Shown here: in pieces, positions 24,301 to 64,000 of the stretch
Layout of the letters: every line of letters starts with the position of its first letter
How positions within the stretch are numbered: position 1 is the stretch's first letter
Notes under the pieces: model-generated
The model's input: the letters and a program-made list of their open reading frames with translations, nothing else
What the model was told of the DNA's origin: nothing
The model's database searches: none
Position numbers and translations under genes: made by a program
Source: Okamejei kenojei
Taxonomy: Eukaryota
NCBI GenBank assembly: GCA_035221665.1
Contig: CM069150.1
Span: forward strand, 19,964,001 to 20,028,000
Reading direction: 5' to 3'
Length of the DNA: 64,000 nucleotides

Positions 24301-26969
24301 GCACAGGAACAGGCCCTTCACTCCACTACATTTGTGCTAAACATGATGCAAAGTTAAACTCCTCTCATCTGCCTGTACATGATCCATATCCCTCTATTCC
24401 CTGCACTTCCATGTGCCCACCCAAAGCCTCTTAAATGCCACTATCGTATCTGCCTCCACCACCACCCCTGGCAATGCTTTCCGGGCCCCCACTACTCTAT
24501 TTGTAAAAAACACTTGCCCCGTATATCTCCATTAAACTTCCCCCTTCTGACCTTTTAGCGGTGCCGTCTAATGTTGGGGAAAAAATGGTTCTGACTTTGC
24601 GCTATTTATGCCTCTCATAATTGTATATACTTCTATCAAGTCTCCCCTCAACCTCCAACGTTCCAAAGAAAACAAGTCTATCCAACCTCTCCCTGTAGCT
24701 GAAGCCTTCTAATCCTGACAGCATTCTGGTTTTTACTAATCTTATTTTTTTTAAAAATGTCTTAGTGGCTTGAGTCAAATTCATTTTTTCAGTTTCAAGT
24801 CAGTGGTGACCCCCAGAATATTGACACTGTGAGATTTAATAATGGTATGCCATCGAAAGTCAAAGGTAGGTATTTTTTTCTCTTGAGTCATAGAATTATG
24901 CAGCTTGGAAAAAGGCCATTCAGCCCAACTTGCCCACACTGACCAACATGTTCCACCTACACTGGTCCCACCTGCCTGTATTTGAACTATATCCTAAACT
25001 TTTCAGGTACCTGTCTAAATATTCCTTGATTATTGCGATAGTACCTGCCTCAACTACCTCCTCTGGCAGATCGTTCCATACACCACCCTTTGTGTGAAAA
25101 ACATACTCCTCAGGTTCCTATTAAATCTTTCCCCCTTCACCTAAACCAATATCCTCTGGTTCTCGATTCCACCACTCTGGGCAAGAGACTGTGCATCTAC
25201 CCGATCCATTCCTCTCATTGGAATTCCTCTTTGTTGGAATGGTTTTTTGCCTGGCACTCCCGAAAGACTCCTGCAAGTTAACCTTGCTTGACGTTGCTGT
25301 TCTTCGTGTCTGACAAGTTATTGCGAATAAAGAAGTTAACTGTTACTCACGTCTCGTGTAAATTATTGAGACACATGCACATGTGTGGTCAGTGCATGCA
25401 TGCATGTGCAGTTGTGTGTCAGTGTACGAGTATTGTCAATGCAGCCCACACAAACCCTACTCCCGTCCCAAACTCCCAATCACATCTACTCCTTCTCAGG
25501 ACCTTGAATAGGAAAGGTTTAGAGGGGTATGGGCCAAATACAGGCATGTGGGACATGTAGATGGGGCATCTTGGTCAGCATAGGCATGTTGGGCTGAAGG
25601 GCCTGTTTCTGTGCTGTAGGTTTCCATGACGACTTCAGGCTGCCTCAGGAACACAGCCAACATAATCAAGGGCCACTCACATCTCAGTCATTCCCCCTTC
25701 TCCTCTCTCCTGCCAGGCAGAAGGTAAAAATACTCCAAGGCAGATATCAGAACAGCTTCTTCACCACTGCTATCAGACTCCTCAAGGGTTTCGGTCCGAA
25801 ACGTTGCCTATTTCCTTCGCTCCATAGATGCTGCCGCACCCGCTGAGTTCCTCCTGCTCGCTAGTTGGTTCAGTTCAGCTTTAGTTTATTGTCACCTGCA
25901 CCGAGGTACAGTGAACCGAAAAGCTGTTGTTGTGCGCTAACCAGTCAGCATAAAGACCATACATGATTACAATCGAGCCATTCACAGTGTACAGATACAT
26001 GACAAGGGAAGGACCAAGGGATCGGGAGTGATTTAAGGATTCCCGTGTAATGATTACTCCTGACTCTCAGTTTGAAGAGGGTGTCGACCCGAAGCGTCAC
26101 CTCCTCCTTCCCTCCAGAGATGTTGCCTGCCCCGCTGAGTTACTCCAGCACTTTGTGTCCACCTTCGATGTAAACCAGCAGCTGCAGTTCTTTCCTACCC
26201 ATTCAACGTTTTCAGAATTAACCAAAGAAGCGTCGTGCAGATGTTATTTGGAAATGTCCTCTATTCGACTCCCGGCGGGGCTCGGGGTACGCTGCGCCGC
26301 CCCTTTGTACGTTAATGTTGTGGTCAGAATAGTAAATCGCAGGAGGGAACAAAGGCAGCCAGCCGTTCCTGGCATGTTCACACAGCGCTCCTTCAGAAAC
26401 ACGCCCAAACCCGGAAAAAAAAGGGGGCGGTGAAAAGACTGACCTGTCCAATGTCGGTGATCGGTGCAGCAAATCCATCCCAGCTTGCGATGTAACATCA
26501 CAAACAATCGCCGCCCACACACGCAAGCCTCAAAAACCAGTCGATGTGTACAAAATGTTAACCCCGCAGCGTGTGCCCAGAGAAGCCGACTGGGTTTGTC
26601 TGCAAGCCACGCGTGCAGATATGGATAGGAAAGGGATATGGGCCAAACCCGGGGAATAAACGTGTCTGACGAGACACAAAATGCTGGAGCAACTCAGCGG
26701 GATAGGCAGCGTCTCTGAAGGGAAGGCATGGGTCATGTTTCGGGTCGAGACCCTTCTTCAGATGGGTATCTTGGTCGGCATGGACGAGTTGGGCCGAAGG
26801 ATCTGTTTCCGTGCTGAGTGGCTCTGCACAGAAAGATACCCCATAACTTGTATATCTAAATATATGTTTCATACATTGATATATATATAAATGAATAATT
26901 GAAGTATATAAGGTAATAGAACCCGATGCCAGCACTACACATAAATGCGCATTCTATATATGGATACAA

Positions 26970-27103
26970 NNNNNNNNNNNNNNNNNNNNNNNNNNNNNNN
27001 NNNNNNNNNNNNNNNNNNNNNNNNNNNNNNNNNNNNNNNNNNNNNNNNNNNNNNNNNNNNNNNNNNNNNNNNNNNNNNNNNNNNNNNNNNNNNNNNNNNN
27101 NNN
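26970..27103. other. Assembly gap (134 N)
   Basis: Run of N bases. Confidence 1.
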
Positions 27104-27239
27104 CAATTAGCTGACCATCCAATTATATTTACATATTTATTTCCATTCATTATCTGTGGATGTGGACACAGATTACACTGTTCTCTATGTACCCCAACTC
27201 TGGGGTTGTCACCTGATCAATATATTTTTCAACCACTGC

Positions 27240-27970
27240 CATTATCTCTCTCCCCCACTTCTGTTCTCGCTCTCTCATTGCCCTCTCCTGACCCCTGTTC
27301 TCTCTCTCTCTCCACCCATCCTCTCCCTCCCACTCGCTGAATTCGTCCTCTCCCTCTCACCCCACCTTTTCACTCCTTCCACTCTCTGTCCAACACCCTT
27401 GTCCTTTCTCCTCCCATCATTTCTTCGCTTGCTCCCTCCCGCCTCTGGCCTCTTCTTCCTATCCGTCCCCGTGCCTCCCTCTCCCCCCATCCTCTGCCCC
27501 CCGTCTCTCTCCCCATCCTCTGCCCTCTCTCCCCCCTATCATCTGCCCCCTCTCTCTCCCCTATCATCTGCCCCTCTCTCTCCCCTATCCTCTGCCCCCT
27601 CTCTCTCCCCCTATCCTCTGCCCCCTCTCTCTCCCCTATCCTCTGCCTCTCTCTCCCTATCCTCTGCCCCCCACTCTCTCCCCTATCCTCTGCCCCCCCA
27701 CTCTCTCCCCTATCCTCTTGCCCCCCCTCTCTCCCCTATCCTTCTATCCCTCTCTCCTATCCTCTGCCCCCCCTCTCTCCATCCTCTGCCCCCCCTCTCC
27801 CCCCCCCTCTCTCCATCCTCTGCCCTCCCAATCCGTCTTCTCTCTCTCTCTCTCCTAATTCATGAAATCTCTCTCTTTCTCTCCTACCAATCCCTGTACT
27901 CTCCTGTCTTATCTCTCTCCTCCCAATCCCCCTCTCTCCCCCGCTCTCTCTCTCACACACACACACACAC
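27240..27970. repeat. CT-rich low-complexity tract with a ~23-bp minisatellite (CTCTCTCCCCTATCCTCTGCCCC), ending in (CT)n(CA)n
   Basis: Directly visible pyrimidine-rich strand; tandem units at about 27480-27830. Confidence 0.9.
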
Positions 27971-28277
27971 CGATTTTTGCACACGCCTATTTGAAACGCG
28001 AACGCTTCAGTTCCGCACCTGCAGCGGCGTTGCACACTCGCTTCCTCAATCCCCTCAATGAAAGCAACATCGCAGTGACGAGAGGGAGGGAGCGAGCGAG
28101 GGGGGCGGGAGGGGGGAGAATGGCAACAGTGTATCACCGCGGGAGCCGGGCCACCGAGTGAGTGAACGAGTGGAGCGGGGTCGCTGCCGGGTGACATGGT
28201 CATTTCGTTACAGAAATACATTGTTTCATTGAACGTATCTTTCCAGCGACGCGATCGGAAAGGAGAAACAAGACACA
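27970..28277 (+). promoter_or_regulatory. GGT7 CpG-rich promoter / 5' UTR
   Basis: CpG-dense segment with a GC box (GGGGCGGG near 28102) immediately upstream of the GGT7 ATG. Confidence 0.6.
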
Positions 28278-60120
<31,843 letters not shown>

Positions 60121-60274
60121 CCAAAAATTCAGCCAATATCTGTTTGTCTTTCCTTCTTTTCCTTTGTCATTTTGGTTCGCTGTGAAGTCACAAAAATGAG
60201 AGACAAAGGTTAGTTGCACAGAACAATAGTCCTGGAAAACAGTAAAGAGGAGAATCAGAATCCTACTTGAGTTT

Positions 60275-60545
60275 GTGGGAAGGAACTGCGGATGCTGGTT
60301 TACACCGAAGATAGACACAAAATGCTGGAGTAACTCAGCGGGTCAGGTATCATCTCTGAAGAAAAGGAACAGGTGACGTCTCGGGTCGAGACCCTTCTGA
60401 TTTGTTCTGTACCTTTTCACACCTCTATTTTCCCTCTCCCCCGACTCACAGTCTGAAGAAGGGTCTCGACCCAAAATGTTACCTATTCCTTTTCTCCGGA
60501 GATGCTGCCTGACCCACTGAGTTCCTCCAGCATGTTGTGTCTAGC
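60275..60545. mobile_element. Penelope-derived fold-back mini-element downstream of the GGT7 stop
   Basis: ACACAAAATGCTGGAGTAACTCAG... arm and its reverse-complement arm ...CTGAGTTCCTCCAGCATGTTGTGT. Confidence 0.75.
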
Positions 60546-61064
60546 CTTCTTGAGTTTGATGTTTCCGACTTAAGATGGCCTACCTTCTGTTGTTCACCAG
60601 TGTTGTTTGTATTGGAACCTTAAGAGCAGTTAAAATATACGCTGCAAGTCATCCTGCCTCGGAACAATTGCAAAATGTATACTTGCTTGGCAAACCTTCG
60701 CCCGCGTTTGCCCCTCCCCCATCTCCCCCGCTTTCCATAGAGTCATACAGCGTGGAAACATGCCCTTTGGCCCAACCTGCCCACACCAATCTACATGACC
60801 CATCTACACTAGTCCCATTTGCCTGCATTTGGCACATATCACTGTAAATCTATCCTATCCATGTACCTGTCTAATTGCTTCATAAATGTTGCGATTGTCC
60901 CTGCCTCAACGACTTCCTTCGGCAGCTCGTTGACCCACCACCCTAAGTGTGAAAACGTTACCCCTCAGATTCCTATAAAATGTTCCCCCTTTCACCTTAA
61001 ACCTATGTCCTGTAACTTTAAGCCATCGATATATTGTGACGCCAATGATATAAATTCATAATAT

Positions 61065-61432
61065 CTAGGAGCAGAATTAGGCCATTTGGCCCATCAAATC
61101 TACGATGCCATTCAATCTTGGCTGATCTATCTTTCCCTCTCAACCCCATTCTCCCGCCTTCTCCCCATAACTCCCGACACCCATACTAACCAAGAACCTA
61201 TCAATCTCCATCTTAAAAATATCAATTGACTTGGCTTCCATAGCCGTCTGTGACAATGAATTCCACAGATTCACCACCCTCTGACTAAAGAAATTCCTCA
61301 TCATCTCCTTACTAAAGCTGCGTCCTTTTATTCTGAGGCTATGGCCTCTGGACTCTGAGGCTATAGCCCTAGATTTTCACACTATTGGAAACATTCTCTC
61401 CACATCCACTCTATCCAGGACTTTCACTATTT
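61065..61432 (-). mobile_element. CR1-clade LINE 3' fragment
   Basis: Reverse complement of the same CR1 3' region (GAATTCCACAGATTCACCACCCTCTG). Confidence 0.75.
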
Positions 61433-61794
61433 GGTAACTGACATGTTCACTTCCAATAAGGCAATTATTAATTAGTTTAGTGAATTAACATAACTTTATT
61501 TTAGATTTAACTTTTTCTAATGAGCATCATTATCAGAAGTGTATAATCAAACATGCTGTAAGGGAGAAAGAACATATCCATCTAGTTTATTTCCCCTTGA
61601 CTTTCCTGTTACTTATCCCCTTGCCTCAACCCAGGTGGAGTTACATTATGTTGCAGTCCTTGGGTTTACTATTGGTGTTGCAAACACTATTGACTTCATC
61701 TTCTGTCTGTGCTAAATTCATAATGTATTAACTTATGCATGTTAAAATCTATCTTTGAAGATGGATACTGTTACAGTCAATAGAAATCAGACAT

Positions 61795-62077
61795 CACAGT
61801 GGCACAGCCAGTAGAGCTGCTGCCTCGCAGCGCCAGAGACCCCGGTTCGATCCTGTCCTCGGGTGCTGTCTGCGTGGAGTTTGCACGTTCTCCCTGTGAC
61901 CGGCGGGGGTTTCCTCCGCGTGCTCCGGTTTCCTCCCACGTGCGGGTTTATTTCCCGTTTCCCGTTTATTTCCCGTATCGTGTAGGGAGTGTGTAGAACT
62001 AGTGTGTGAACGATGATCGTCGCAGACTCGGTGGGCCGAAGTGCCTGTTTCCATGCTGTATCTCCAAACTAAACTAA
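61795..62077 (+). mobile_element. tRNA-derived V-SINE (HE1-like), full length
   Basis: tRNA-like head with A/B boxes (TGGCACAGCCAGTAGAGC, GGTTCGATCC), V-domain (TGCGTGGAGTTTGCACGTTCTCC...CTCCGGTTTCCTCCCAC), CR1-type tail. Confidence 0.85.
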
Positions 62078-63659
62078 ATGAATATCAGTAGCGCAGTTCA
62101 ACACGTGCATACACATTTTGTGCAAGTGATTGAGGGAACACGGAGTAATTTCTCAGTCGCTGGTGCCAAATATCTCAGCGTTGGCCTGTATTTATTTATT
62201 TATTTATTTGTTTTAAAAAACGTGTAGTGCACTGTTGCTTGTGCAGTGTTTCCTGGCTTATCGATTGTCAGGAGCCGACAAGGTGGGTTTAAGTAACCCA
62301 GCATTGAGGAACAAACAGTGCCAGTTTCTTTCCATGAATTCCTGCCCGTGAAATTCTGTTGCACTCGAGGCCCAAGGCATCTTTGCACAAACGTCTTTCG
62401 CACTGAATGTGCACAGGGTCAGGTGGGTTGTCAATGCACTGTGGACCAAGTGGGAAGACATGATAGTGTAGGGAAGTGATGCTACTACAGTTTATATGGG
62501 AAGGGAGGCAGTAAGATTGTAATCCTGGGGGTGGTCAAAGTTTGAATGCGGTTTTGGGGCAGGTGGGTGTTAAATCAGTAAGGTCAAAAGTTGGAGGGGC
62601 TGCCAGGATTAGGCTTCTGGGAGGGGGGGGGGGGGCTTTTCAGGATTGGGACCATTGAGGATAGAATCAGGGCTCAAGGTTAGTTGGATATGCGATTGAG
62701 GTTGTAGGGTGGGGAGATTCAGTCATCCACACAAGTACGGGTCTTGAGAAAAACTAGAAGCAAACAGCTTTGCAATAAAACATAGCTGGGGAAACATGGA
62801 TGCCTCCATGTCAATGGATGGGGTGAAGGCAGACCCACTTAAATGTAGAAATAAGGAAATGCAGATGCTGGTTAGTGCACAAAAGGACACAAAGCGCTGG
62901 AGCAACTCAACATGTCTGGAGAACATGGATAGGTTACGTTTGGTGTCCAGACTCTCGGTCTGGAACTGGGATTTGTCTCGGTCTGAAACTGGGCCTGGGC
63001 CTGGAATCCAGGCGAGTTGACGGCCCCAGTCTACTGGTGGCCGGAGGAGAAGAGGCCAGGATCGGCAGAGTCATTGGTCACGGCCTGCGGGTAGTTAGAG
63101 TGCAGGTCCCGTCCCGAAACGTCACCTTTCCGTGTTCTCCACGGATGCTGCCAGACCCGCTGAGTTACTCCAGCACTTAGCTTCATTTGGACACTGAAAT
63201 GTAGACAAGAATATTGCACCACTGGCATCGGACCATGTGGGGTTACTGGCTACTTGGTGTCATTCACAAGCTCTCTATGAATGCAAGTCATATACAGATG
63301 ATCAGGAAGAAAGATTCCAACATGCAGTTCCTTCATAGGCTTGGGGTTTTAATAAAATTAATTTCAGTAGCTCAGACAGACCTTGTGTTGTGTAGTGAAC
63401 TTGTAGGCCAGCAAACATTCTACACCAGGACGTTACAAAAATAGATTTAGTTTGAGTTCTAATGAAAGTCATTAACCTGAAATGTTGCATCTGATTCCTT
63501 CTCCGCACATGCTGCCTGACCGGCTGAGAATTTCAAGCAGTTTCTGTTCCTATCTTAAATCCCAGCATTCCTCTGTATTCCCATTGTGAATCGGTTTCAG
63601 CAAACCGAGTTTGAAACCGGCATGACAGTACAGTGGCGCTAGGTGCCATTTGTTAAAAT

Positions 63660-63918
63660 GTAGACACAAAGAACTGCAGATGCTGGTTTATACCAAAGAC
63701 AGACACAAGTGCTGGAGTAATTCAGCGGGTCAGGCAGCATCTCTGGAGAAAAAGCAATAGGTGACGTTTTAGGTCAGGACCCTTCTTCAGACCTCGCTGT
63801 TCGAGACCATGTTCCGTTCCACCAGTCTGAAGAAGGGTGCCGACCTAAGACACCATCATGTCCATTTCCCTCCAGTGATGCTGCCTGAGCTGCTGAGTTC
63901 CTCCAGCACTTTGTGTCA
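63660..63918. mobile_element. Penelope-derived fold-back mini-element
   Basis: Inverted arms with CTTCTTCAG and CTGAAGAAG cores. Confidence 0.7.
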
Positions 63919-64000
63919 GGAGTGTGGGTAGGTTAGAGGCTGAAGCTAGGGTCTGGAGCATTTGCATACATCCTGTTCCTTTTAAACTCACAGGAAAATT

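Noticed and set aside
27156-28061. 301-aa Pro/Leu/Ser-rich ORF
   Set aside because: Translation of a CT-rich low-complexity tract that cannot contain stop codons.
18600-28100. Shared bidirectional promoter for CYLD-like and GGT7
   Set aside because: The two CpG-rich start regions are about 9.5 kb apart and separated by repeats and a gap.
61795-61860. tRNA-like sequences with A/B boxes (also at other SINE heads)
   Set aside because: These are SINE heads continuing into V-domain and CR1-type tails, not tRNA genes.

Overview
Eukaryotic, repeat-rich vertebrate DNA. The V-SINE/HE1-type SINEs, CR1 tails and Penelope-derived mini-elements suggest a cartilaginous fish (skate or ray); this is an inference. 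Two intron-containing genes lie head-to-head about 9.5 kb apart. On the minus strand is a CYLD-like deubiquitinase paralog: 9 coding exons from 16991 down to 136, running off the window start, with an intact Cys box and a shortened N-terminus. On the plus strand is a complete 15-exon GGT7 (28278-60120) with a 1-nt frameshift in exon 8. Introns and the intergenic region contain a decayed Penelope element (RT + GIY-YIG) with an 11-bp TSD, hAT, Tigger-like and P-like DNA elements, Hero, L1, CR1 and Rex1 fragments, many V-SINEs, a C2orf76 retropseudogene, minisatellites and a 134-N gap. The most notable signals are: (1) more than 20 dispersed Penelope-derived mini-elements carrying a minimal hammerhead-ribozyme core, often as fold-back pairs with one motif on each strand; (2) a tandemly duplicated E-box/NRF1/kB-like promoter module; (3) strongly AT-to-GC-biased evolution of a repeat copy beside that promoter. 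Exon boundaries were read by hand; repeat boundaries are approximate; homology calls come from recalled protein sequences, not database searches.
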